A stretch of 64,000 bases of DNA from Spirochaetia bacterium. Lineage in GTDB: Bacteria; Spirochaetota; Spirochaetia; UBA9216. Location: the NCBI GenBank assembly GCA_963677925.2, contig CAXXYH010000003.1, forward strand, positions 672,001 to 736,000. Direction: 5' to 3'. Position numbers and translations under genes: made by a program. Within the stretch, counting starts at the first letter, position 1; each line of letters starts with the position of its first letter. Below are positions 47,461 through 56,323 of this stretch, piece by piece. Under the pieces are notes generated by a model, which made no database searches, was not told the origin of the DNA, and was given only the letters and a program-made list of their open reading frames with translations.

Positions 47461-48744
47461 ATAAATTCTGATTACATCGGCAATTCTATCATGTATCAGG
47501 GCTTCAGCTTCGGGCTGTATCCATCCGTCCTGGACAGAGTAAAACTGCGAAGGCATAAACTGGCTTAATAGTGACAGAGGAATCTGTCTGCCTGACAGAT
47601 TATTCATTAGCCTGGAGATTGAATCCTTAATTGCTGAATCGGGCCAGTAATATCTTACCCGATCGCTGAAACTGTACTTCCTTTTTTGTTCAATCTCTTC
47701 CTCGGTTCCGGAATAGTATGATTTCCAGTATTTGGGATTGCTAATCATGACATTTTCAATTGTATCCTTAAGCTCTGATAACTGACATCCTGATTTGCCG
47801 CACAGTTCCCTTTCAATCAATTCAAGTGCAAATACAGCCTCTCTGTATGCAAAGGTAACCCATGGTCCGACTTTCAGTATGCAGAAATGATCCTCAACAA
47901 GGTGTTTTAAACCTTCACCGGTCTGATAGTCAGTGGAGTGAGCTTCAAAAACAATCGGGAGACCGTTTCCCGCAAGAGAAGACAGACCGGAGGCCATGTT
48001 CCTGTTGTAATGAAAAACCTGATCATCACCGAACTCAACTCCAGGCTGAACAACAAGGCCGCAGACTCTTTCCCATGCGTTTGACAAGCCTCTCTTTTCA
48101 AATGCTCTTCTTGTTACTTCATATGTTCGAACGGCATCCTCTGAGGATGTTGGAGTTACCAGATCTTCCTTTTCCCTGCTTCCGCCCGGTATTGGAACTT
48201 CTGTACCGATAATATATGAGAGCTGATGGGGATTACCCATTTCAGTAATGGTTTTCTCTGCTACACTGCATAAATCTGCAGCTCTTTCGGCTACTATCTC
48301 ATCAGCAAGCGGTTTATGCCTGTCTCCTTCATCATCAGCGCAGTACATACTCGCATCAAGATGAATCTTCTGATATCCGGCTTTAACATAACAAGCAATA
48401 AGCTCTCTGGCGTTTGCCATCGCATCCGCGGCCTTAAGGGATTGCCACGCATTAGGTCCCAGATGATCTCCCCCAAACAGAATACGTTCACCGGGATAAC
48501 CTGTCTCACCGGCAATTTTTTTAACATAGGATATAAAATCAGCAGGTTTCATTCCGGTGTAACCTCCGAACTGATCGACCTGATTACTTGTCGATTCAAT
48601 AAGCAGCATAGAACCATCGCTCATTGACTGCTTCATTGCCGCCTTTATAACCTCTGAATGAGCACTGCATAGCGAATATATCCCTTTGGAGTCCCCTTTC
48701 ATGTTGGATCTGAGGATACTATTAAATTCTTCAATTGCCGACAT
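47437..48744 (-). CDS. gatZ: GatZ/KbaZ family protein (tagatose-bisphosphate aldolase partner / tagatose-6-P 4-epimerase)
   Basis: ESTSNQVDQFGGYTGM, GGDHLGPN, KIHLDAS, GTEVPIPGG, EAHSTDYQ, KVGP, SDRVRYYW. Confidence 0.9.
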   Translation of the reverse strand: MSAIEEFNSILRSNMKGDSKGIYSLCSAHSEVIKAAMKQSMSDGSMLLIESTSNQVDQFGGYTGMKPADFISYVKKIAGETGYPGERILFGGDHLGPNAWQSLKAADAMANARELIACYVKAGYQKIHLDASMYCADDEGDRHKPLADEIVAERAADLCSVAEKTITEMGNPHQLSYIIGTEVPIPGGSREKEDLVTPTSSEDAVRTYEVTRRAFEKRGLSNAWERVCGLVVQPGVEFGDDQVFHYNRNMASGLSSLAGNGLPIVFEAHSTDYQTGEGLKHLVEDHFCILKVGPWVTFAYREAVFALELIERELCGKSGCQLSELKDTIENVMISNPKYWKSYYSGTEEEIEQKRKYSFSDRVRYYWPDSAIKDSISRLMNNLSGRQIPLSLLSQFMPSQFYSVQDGWIQPEAEALIHDRIADVIRIYSAACGTL

Positions 48745-48765
48745 AAGCTGCTCCTTAAAATTATC

Positions 48766-48791
48766 AATATGGTTAATCGATTAACCATATT
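48766..48791. promoter_or_regulatory. Perfect 26-bp palindrome, LacI-type operator
   Basis: AATATGGTTAATCGATTAACCATATT with central CG, just upstream of the gatZ SD. Confidence 0.8.
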
Positions 48792-48860
48792 ATGTCTTCA
48801 AAAAAACAAAATCAAGTGCCTGATATAGATAGTATAGGATAAAATAAGTATAATTCAGAT

Positions 48861-49484
48861 ATGAATACGCTCTATTTTATCCGTCATGCAGAAAGTGAAG
48901 CCAATAAAGCCAGAATCATGGCCAGTCAGCTGGCGTACCCCCTGACAGAAGAAGGCAGGAAGGAAGCCGCTCTTATAGCCGAAGAATTGAAGGAGATTGC
49001 TGATATAGATCATATAATTTCATCTCCGCTGATAAGGGCTGTACAGACTGCTGAGCCGTTCAGCAGTATTTTCGGTACTTCTATTAATCTTGATGAGAGA
49101 ATAACCGAACAGCACCTCGGCAGATTTTCCGGTATGAGCTATGACCAGGTAAAACTTGAATCCGATTATATCCAGGATCAGCTGAAAAGATGGGAATGGG
49201 AACCGGCCGGCGGCGGCGAGTCATATAAAATGATTGCAGACAGAGTAGATGCTTTTTTTAGTGATTTACAGGAGAAATATAAAGACAAAAATATTCTTAT
49301 AGTAACTCATGCCGTAACCATGAGATTGATAATTGCAACACTTAAAAATATTCTGCCGGACTACCCCAAAGATTTTCCGAATAACGGTGAGATAATTAAA
49401 GTAGTTTTCGATGGTCCCGGCAAAAAATACAGTCTTGAATCAATTTTTCTCGGGAATTCAGATAAGTTTACACATAATGCCTGA
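48861..49484 (+). CDS. Histidine phosphatase family protein
   Basis: FIRHAES, SSPLIRAVQTA, GGES, VTHA. Confidence 0.9.
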   Translation: MNTLYFIRHAESEANKARIMASQLAYPLTEEGRKEAALIAEELKEIADIDHIISSPLIRAVQTAEPFSSIFGTSINLDERITEQHLGRFSGMSYDQVKLESDYIQDQLKRWEWEPAGGGESYKMIADRVDAFFSDLQEKYKDKNILIVTHAVTMRLIIATLKNILPDYPKDFPNNGEIIKVVFDGPGKKYSLESIFLGNSDKFTHNA

Positions 49485-50352
49485 GCGATCTCAGATGCCC
49501 GATTAGCTCGGAGGCCAGTACTCCTCCCAGAATAAGCAGGGCTCCCATGGATTCAGAAAATGACAGTGTCTCATGCAGGATAATCCATCCAAAAATTATG
49601 GAAAATACAGGTTCTAAAGAATAAAGAAGGCAGGCTTTCAGCGGTGTGATATCGCCCTGATAACGGTTCATCAGATAGATAGCCAGAATACTGCCGGGAA
49701 GTGCGAGATAGGCTATAGAAATATACAGATTCAGACCGGGATTCACGAAGGGCTCTTCCAGCAACAAAGAGAGCACAAATGAAAGAAGTGCTGAAATTAG
49801 AAACTGAAATCCTGTTAAAACAACAGGGTTCTCTTCATCAGAATATCTGTCAATAAACAGAATAAAAAAGGCGTATCCCGCTGCACCGGCCATGGTAAGA
49901 AAGTCACCAATATTAAGCGAGGAATTTCCGGGTCTGGTAAAAACCACCATACCGGAAACTACAATCACCAGACCAAGTATATTTTCAGCATTCAGCTTTT
50001 TACCTGTAAAGAAAAACTGAAGCGGCGGAACAACAAGAGCAAAAAGATATGTGAACAGACTTGATTTAGCCACGGTTGTATAAGACAGTCCGATTGTCTG
50101 CATGGCGTAACCGCAGAAGAAAAACAGGGACAGAATAAAAGCTCTGAATACAGTCTGTCTGCTTAACCTGTAAAAATGCTTTCGAAATATCAGAAAATAT
50201 GGAATAAAGGCAGCACCGAACCTTAAGCCAAGAAACATAAGCGGAGAGGCATCGTTCAATCCATTTTTGATAACGACAAAGGTACCGCCCCAGATAACAG
50301 TAGTAAAAATGATTAATATTTCAGCACGGGTATTTTTTTTTATTGCAGTCAT
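49468..50352 (-). CDS. DMT/EamA transporter
   Basis: IWGGTFVVIK, QTIGLSYT, GDFLT, SLEPVF; about 10 TM. Confidence 0.92.
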   Translation of the reverse strand: MTAIKKNTRAEILIIFTTVIWGGTFVVIKNGLNDASPLMFLGLRFGAAFIPYFLIFRKHFYRLSRQTVFRAFILSLFFFCGYAMQTIGLSYTTVAKSSLFTYLFALVVPPLQFFFTGKKLNAENILGLVIVVSGMVVFTRPGNSSLNIGDFLTMAGAAGYAFFILFIDRYSDEENPVVLTGFQFLISALLSFVLSLLLEEPFVNPGLNLYISIAYLALPGSILAIYLMNRYQGDITPLKACLLYSLEPVFSIIFGWIILHETLSFSESMGALLILGGVLASELIGHLRSLRHYV

Positions 50353-51042
50353 TCAGTACCGGCATTCACCAAGAATATACTCAACAAGATGATAACTTCT
50401 TTCTGAAGCTGACTTAAGAAACTTATTATAGTTTTCGGGAGCCTTTCCATCAGCATTATCAGAAACAACCCTTATAAGTAAAAAGGGGGTCTTGTTTATT
50501 GCAGCAGTTATCGCAGAAGCAGCACCTTCCATTTCAACCAGATCTCCCTCAAGCTCATTCTTAAGATAGGCATATTCAGGCCGGTCTGAACCTGTAATAA
50601 ACTGATCTCCGGTCAGAACCCTCCCGGATTTAACAGATTCATCACTGAAGCCTAAAGCTGTATTAAAAAGATGTGTGTCCGCTTCAACTATACGTATTCC
50701 GGAATACGGGATCTCGCCTCGTGAAAAACCGAACATGGTGGCATCAAGATCATGCTGAATGCAGTCACGGGCGGCTACAATATCACCAAGGAGAATTTCC
50801 GGGTTTATAGAGCCTGCTATACCGCTCATGATTATGGCTGAAGGGGAATATTCATCACAAAGCCTCTGGGTTATCAGTGCAGTCAGAACCTTCCCTACTC
50901 CGCATCTGACCGCTACGACCTCTTTTCCGCCCAGCCGTCCCTGAATAAACTCGTATCCATTCCAGTTTTCTATTTGTCTGTTCTGAATGGAATTCCTAAT
51001 CATCCTGAGTTCTGGATCCATTGCTGCAATAATAGCTATCAA
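50353..51042 (-). CDS. mtnN: MTA/SAH nucleosidase
   Basis: IAIIAAM, GVGKV, GIAGS, TGDQF, VEMEGAA, RVVSDNAD. Confidence 0.93.
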   Translation of the reverse strand: MIAIIAAMDPELRMIRNSIQNRQIENWNGYEFIQGRLGGKEVVAVRCGVGKVLTALITQRLCDEYSPSAIIMSGIAGSINPEILLGDIVAARDCIQHDLDATMFGFSRGEIPYSGIRIVEADTHLFNTALGFSDESVKSGRVLTGDQFITGSDRPEYAYLKNELEGDLVEMEGAASAITAAINKTPFLLIRVVSDNADGKAPENYNKFLKSASERSYHLVEYILGECRY

Positions 51043-51788
51043 TGGATCTCCGGTATTGCAGAAACCAGCAGTGAGGTCATCTTTTCGACGTTTCCGGAAA
51101 AAACGGAAAGAATATCTTCCCAGCTCACAGGGGCCTCATCTTCTTTCCAGCAGTCATAATCAGTACTCATTGCTACAGCAGCATAGGGAATACCTGCTTC
51201 ATTAGCCAGAATAGCCTCAGGAGCAATTGACATATTGATAACATCAGCACCCCATATCCTGAACATCATAGATTCGGCTCTGGTTGAAAAACGCGGTCCC
51301 TCAATCGTAATAACCGTTCCTGTTTTATGATAATTCAAGCCCGCGGATTCTGCCTGACGGATAAGAACCTGCCGTATATCTTCAGAAAAAGGGTCAGCCA
51401 TACCGGTATGAACAGCTTTGCCTGAATCGAAGCTTTCATAAAATGAAACCGGCCTGTGCCTTGTGAAATCTATAAACTGATCAAGAATTACAAAATCTCC
51501 GCGGCATATTTCTTCTCTGAGCGAGCCGACTGCGGTAGTGGCTACAATATGTGTACATCCGGCTTCTTTGAGAGCCATAATATTAGCGCGGTAATTTACC
51601 TGTGTCGGCGGTATTGTATGTTCCCGGCCGTGCCTTGCTATAAGTACGACCTCTGTATTTCCAATTGTTCCTGTTTTCAGCATTGATGAAGGAAGGCCGT
51701 ACAATGTTGTTACTTCTGTATCTTTCGGGTTTAGCAGTATTTCAGGATTATCAAGTCCGCTCCCTCCGATTATACCTATTTTAGTCAT
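51039..51788 (-). CDS. mtnP: 5'-methylthioadenosine phosphorylase
   Basis: IGIIGGSG, ARHG, VNYRANI, AVGSL, IEGPRFSTRAES, NMS, TDYDCW. Confidence 0.93.
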   Translation of the reverse strand: MTKIGIIGGSGLDNPEILLNPKDTEVTTLYGLPSSMLKTGTIGNTEVVLIARHGREHTIPPTQVNYRANIMALKEAGCTHIVATTAVGSLREEICRGDFVILDQFIDFTRHRPVSFYESFDSGKAVHTGMADPFSEDIRQVLIRQAESAGLNYHKTGTVITIEGPRFSTRAESMMFRIWGADVINMSIAPEAILANEAGIPYAAVAMSTDYDCWKEDEAPVSWEDILSVFSGNVEKMTSLLVSAIPEIH

Positions 51789-52921
51789 TTCTTCACCTTC
51801 TCTTCTTTAATAACAGTTTCGAGTTTCTTTATTTCATCTTCGGCTTTCTTAATCTGATCTTTCAGCTTGCCGGTTTCATCACTGAAACTCTGAATTTTCT
51901 CTTCATATCCGTATATTTTTTTATTGAGGTTCTGAATTTCCTTATTCTGTTTTTCAATCTCAGCTTCAGCCTTCAGTTTTTCAATCTCAGCATTAAAAAC
52001 TGTAATCTCAGAGTTTGCATCATTTATCTGCGAGAAGATGTCTTTTATTTTTTCGGTATCAGAGAGCGGATCTTTCTGATTGTTATACAACAGTTCCCCG
52101 ACACTAACAAGAAGCTCATCTCTTTCAGTATTGTATTCAGCAATCAGCTGCTCAAGGTCAGCTATAGTTTTCTTCAGATTATCTCCCGCACCAAGCCCCT
52201 CAAGACTGCCTCTCAGTTCTTCTTTTTCAAGATGTAGCTGCTGATCTTCTTTCTCAAGTTTTTCCATACCATCAAGATTATCACGAAACGGCTGCACAGC
52301 ATTCTTTACAGAATCAGCCTCAAGATTCATGATCAGCTCTGAATTACAAATCTGTTCCCCTGCTTTTCGATAATGTTTTGAAAGCATCCTGTAATGGGAT
52401 GAAATTGAACTCTTATTACTTATTTTTCTGGCTGTGAGCTGAACCTTGCGCAGCAGTTTTTCACGCCCGAGAGCCGCCTCTATATCGCTCTGGTCATCTT
52501 CAAGATGTTTAATCCTCTCTTTACTTCCGATAATATCGGTGAATATCTGTTCATAATTCTCAAGAGGCAGACTTCCCTGACGGAAAGCCTCAAAACTGGC
52601 TCTACCGATTGTTTCATAATTTGAAATATTGTCTTTTTCAAGCAGACGAATCTGCTGTTTAAGACTTTTACGAATTTCTTCGATTTCATCACTTCTTTTG
52701 GCAGTTTTTATAATATTATCTTTTCTGGACAATTCGGCCGCTATCAGCTGATCCAGCTTACTTATTCCGGCCATATATGTAGATGCGCTTGAATCATCAG
52801 AGGAATTTTTGAATTCAGCGTATGCAATGGAACCGGAATCAAGATATAGCTGACGAATAAGGTCTCCGGTTTTTTCTATACTTTTCTCAAAATCTTTAAT
52901 CTGACGCTCTTTATTTTCCAT
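51785..52921 (-). CDS. Long coiled-coil hypothetical protein
   Basis: Heptad-rich E/K/L/Q sequence, no ATPase motifs; 4-bp overlap with mtnP. Confidence 0.75.
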   Translation of the reverse strand: MENKERQIKDFEKSIEKTGDLIRQLYLDSGSIAYAEFKNSSDDSSASTYMAGISKLDQLIAAELSRKDNIIKTAKRSDEIEEIRKSLKQQIRLLEKDNISNYETIGRASFEAFRQGSLPLENYEQIFTDIIGSKERIKHLEDDQSDIEAALGREKLLRKVQLTARKISNKSSISSHYRMLSKHYRKAGEQICNSELIMNLEADSVKNAVQPFRDNLDGMEKLEKEDQQLHLEKEELRGSLEGLGAGDNLKKTIADLEQLIAEYNTERDELLVSVGELLYNNQKDPLSDTEKIKDIFSQINDANSEITVFNAEIEKLKAEAEIEKQNKEIQNLNKKIYGYEEKIQSFSDETGKLKDQIKKAEDEIKKLETVIKEEKVKK

Positions 52922-52972
52922 AGATTATACTTTAGATCCTGTTTGTATTTTTATCAATAACTGTTCCGAATT

Positions 52973-54184
52973 TCATTCTGAAAGAGTGAAATAAAACAGC
53001 GAACCTTTATTTTTTTCAGACTTGACCAAAAGCTCACCGCCCAGATTCTCAACCAGACTTCGGGAAATTGTCAGTCCAAGTCCGGTACCACCGTACTTTC
53101 TGGTAAGCGATTCATCCTCCTGTCTAAATCTTTCAAAGATAGTTTCTAATTTGGCTTCTTCAATTCCAACACCCGTATCTTTAACGAAAAAATTATAAAC
53201 TCCGTCGGCTTTATGATAACCAAACTCAACATATCCGGATTCTGTAAATTTAACTGCATTACTGATTAGATTATTCAGAATCTGTCTAAGTCGTGTACCG
53301 TCGGTATCAATTTTATTAGACAAATCGGGAGAATCCTTAACAAGTTTAATCTTAATAGATTTTCTGTCATCAAGTTCAATTATGGATGAGAAATTGGTAA
53401 ATACTTCCTCCATAATTTCATCAAGATCAAATTCTTCAAAAAAGATATCAAGTTGACCGCTTTCTATTCTGGCGAAATCTATAATATCAGAAATAAGCCG
53501 TAAAAGCTGTTCCGAATTTGATGAGATTATTGCGCTGAACAGTTCTCTTTTCTCTAATGGAAGTTCCTCCTCTGCAAGTAATTTTGAAAAGCCGACAATG
53601 CCATTCAACGGTGTTCTTATCTCATGACTCATATTTGCAAGAAATGCAGATTTAAGCCTGTCACTCTCTTCAGCTTTTATTCTCGCTTCCTTCAGTTCTT
53701 CAGCGTATAATTTTACCTGATCAATATCGGTATGTGTCCCGATTACTCTGGATGGCTTACCCAGCGAATCCCATTCAATACATTGGCCCCGGCTTAGAAT
53801 CCATTTATAGCCGCCATCATTAGTTTTCATTCTCATTTCATACTTAAATGGCTCGCCAGTTCTGCAATACTCCTGAAATAAGGAGTCAATAGTCTCCCTT
53901 TCATCCGGGTGAATCAGACTTTTCCAGGATTCAGGGTCTGAGCCGAACAAATCGGACTGATAACCAAGCATTTCATACCATCGAGGACTGTAATACGCCT
54001 TGTTTTTTCCTATTTCAAGCTCCCAGAGCCCGTCACGTGTAGCTTTTAAAGTAAGATCAAGTTTTTCTATCTTGTTTTTAATATCAATGGCTGATATACG
54101 GGACACTCTGCATCTATATTTAAAATACAGTACCAGGAAAATGAGAACAAGATTTAAAAATAACGAAAGGCTAAAGACAGTCAT
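52973..54184 (-). CDS. Membrane-anchored PAS histidine kinase
   Basis: DGLWE...IHPDE PAS, FLANMSHEIRTPLNGI, NAVKFT, DTGVG, GGTGLGL. Confidence 0.93.
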   Translation of the reverse strand: MTVFSLSLFLNLVLIFLVLYFKYRCRVSRISAIDIKNKIEKLDLTLKATRDGLWELEIGKNKAYYSPRWYEMLGYQSDLFGSDPESWKSLIHPDERETIDSLFQEYCRTGEPFKYEMRMKTNDGGYKWILSRGQCIEWDSLGKPSRVIGTHTDIDQVKLYAEELKEARIKAEESDRLKSAFLANMSHEIRTPLNGIVGFSKLLAEEELPLEKRELFSAIISSNSEQLLRLISDIIDFARIESGQLDIFFEEFDLDEIMEEVFTNFSSIIELDDRKSIKIKLVKDSPDLSNKIDTDGTRLRQILNNLISNAVKFTESGYVEFGYHKADGVYNFFVKDTGVGIEEAKLETIFERFRQEDESLTRKYGGTGLGLTISRSLVENLGGELLVKSEKNKGSLFYFTLSE

Positions 54185-54293
54185 TACACATAATATCCCT
54201 GTATGTATTAAATATTAATTGCTATTTGTTATATTCGCAATATTTTTCTTAATAATATTGAATTTGTTATATATATTAGTTATCATTACTACA

Positions 54294-54659
54294 ATGACAG
54301 AGATTACAGATATTCAGGCAGAATCCATTATCAATAACAAAGAAATCCCGGATGAAATAGTCAATTCATCAGAAAAGGTTGCGGTGATATTAACTCAGGA
54401 CTGGTGCCCTCAATGGAAGTTTATGGAAACTTTTCTGAAAAAGATACCTGAAGATGAAGTGAAAATTTATTTTCTCAGCTACAACAGGAAGCCTTACTTC
54501 AGAGAATTTATGTTTGTAAAAGAGACTACCTGGAATAATCATCAGGTTCCCTTTATTTTATATTTTAATAAAGGACAGCTGATCGACAGCAGTAATTATT
54601 GCGGGCACAAAACCTTCAATTCTTACTTTGAACAATCCGAGCTGGTTACTGAAAGCTGA
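54294..54659 (+). CDS. Thioredoxin-fold protein with single-Cys WCPQW motif
   Basis: VAVILTQDWCPQW, QVPFILYFNKG; start set to MTEIT. Confidence 0.7.
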   Translation: MTEITDIQAESIINNKEIPDEIVNSSEKVAVILTQDWCPQWKFMETFLKKIPEDEVKIYFLSYNRKPYFREFMFVKETTWNNHQVPFILYFNKGQLIDSSNYCGHKTFNSYFEQSELVTES

Positions 54660-54660
54660 C

Positions 54661-56301
54661 TCAGAAAAGACGTGATTCAGCATCTGAAACGATATTTTCG
54701 GGATAGCCAAGATATCTGAGCAGACTAACAGCATTACCGTTACCTGCTCTTCCATCTCTTATTTTATAATCAAAATGCAGTCCGCCATCCTCAATTCTAT
54801 AGGTAAAGTACTTTAAACTCATGATCGATTTGAATTCTTCTACAATTGAAAGATCGTGTGTAGCTGAAACAGTCAGCGCATTCATGCTGCAGATTCCTCT
54901 CAGGATAGCTGCTACAGCAGCTTCGCGCTCTTCAGTGTTTGTACCGGAAAGAAGTTCATCGAAGAGACATAAAACCGCAGTTTTTGACTCTGAAGCGGTA
55001 TTTAATATTTCTCCGATTCTTTGAGCCTCAGCAAAATAGAGGCTTTCTCCATCCTGCGTGCTGTCCTTTTTGTCAATTGAGGATTTTACTATAAAAAGGC
55101 CTGATTCCCAGGAATCTGCAAAACAGAATCCAAGACTCTGGGCACATACCGCATTCAAACCTACTGTGCGTAAAAAGGTGGATTTTCCGGCCATATTTGC
55201 ACCGGTAAGCAGTATTCCCGGTTTTTCTATCAGAATGCTGTTTCCGACAGCTTCAGGTATTACAGGCATATACAGGTTTTCAGCGTTTATATTCCTGCTC
55301 TGATCTTTAAGAACCGGAGTACATATTGCCAGTCCGGCTTGCTCAAAACCCTTTCTGGCAGAAGCCAGTGAAATAAGAAAATCGATTCTCCCGCAGAGCA
55401 GATACAACTTGTACACTGAATCCCGGTTTTCACTGATACTGTCGAGAGATTTATAAAAACTTACTGCACTCAGATGAAAGAAGATATCCAGATACATCCA
55501 TAGCGACGCCGATATATTTTCCGGTGAAGAAAATGACTGTCCGAGGAATTTTGAAGATTTCTGAAGCGGTTCAAGGACTTTTAGAACAGAACTTATCTCA
55601 TCAGCAATTTTATTAATACCAGTATTTTCAGGAAAATTATTTTTTTGTAAAAGTTTTAAAATTGTTTTCGAATTCCGGATGAAAATCATTAAGGCACCAA
55701 GGGCAGGCACAGTCCCCTCAGTAAACCTGGCAATTCTGCCGTATACAAACATATTAACGACAAACATACAGATTACAGCCAGCAGCCCCCTGCCGCTAGG
55801 GATAAGCAGAATTGATAGAATGGAAATGACCGATAGAACACGTAAAATTATGCAAAGCCGGTAATAAAAAACAGGCAGATTTATTGTTTTTATAAGTCTG
55901 AGGATATCCAGGAATTTGTGTTCTCTCATCGATGAGAAGATCTTCGAAAGACTATTCCGAATACTGCTGTTATGATGAAAAAACTCTGCAGCTCTATTCT
56001 TCAGAATTACCGAGGCTGATTCAAGCTCCGGCTTTTTAAGGGAACGATACAGATAATAAAAACCTGGAGCACTTTGCGCATAATTAATGAGCTTAAAACA
56101 ATCCGATAATTCCAGATCATTCCATGTCTGAGCATCGATAAGAGGAGAATATTCTTCAAGACCGATTGACTGGATTTCTTTGTAAAGATTTTCGAGCATT
56201 TCAAGAGACAAGCCGTAGGGCATTTCTGTTCTGGTGCCGTAGTAATCACTGTCTAACGGCTTTTTTCTTCTAAATGAAAAGTAGTTATTTTTAAAATACA
56301 T
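54661..56301 (-). CDS. Membrane-associated MutS-related ATPase (domain V type)
   Basis: Two TM helices; LTGANMAGKSTFLR, SLYFAE, FDELLSGTN, ATHDL; no mismatch-binding domain I. Confidence 0.85.
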   Translation of the reverse strand: MYFKNNYFSFRRKKPLDSDYYGTRTEMPYGLSLEMLENLYKEIQSIGLEEYSPLIDAQTWNDLELSDCFKLINYAQSAPGFYYLYRSLKKPELESASVILKNRAAEFFHHNSSIRNSLSKIFSSMREHKFLDILRLIKTINLPVFYYRLCIILRVLSVISILSILLIPSGRGLLAVICMFVVNMFVYGRIARFTEGTVPALGALMIFIRNSKTILKLLQKNNFPENTGINKIADEISSVLKVLEPLQKSSKFLGQSFSSPENISASLWMYLDIFFHLSAVSFYKSLDSISENRDSVYKLYLLCGRIDFLISLASARKGFEQAGLAICTPVLKDQSRNINAENLYMPVIPEAVGNSILIEKPGILLTGANMAGKSTFLRTVGLNAVCAQSLGFCFADSWESGLFIVKSSIDKKDSTQDGESLYFAEAQRIGEILNTASESKTAVLCLFDELLSGTNTEEREAAVAAILRGICSMNALTVSATHDLSIVEEFKSIMSLKYFTYRIEDGGLHFDYKIRDGRAGNGNAVSLLRYLGYPENIVSDAESRLF

Positions 56302-56323
56302 TTTTAAATTCTCCGCTGATTAG

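Noticed and set aside
51785-52921. SMC-like or defence-system ATPase
   Set aside because: No Walker motifs or hinge; only coiled coil
54224-54272. ATTTGTTATAT direct repeat as a Rex or other operator
   Set aside because: No proper dyad, and the context is extremely AT-rich
54661-56301. Canonical mutS mismatch-repair gene
   Set aside because: Too short, membrane-anchored and lacking the mismatch-binding domain
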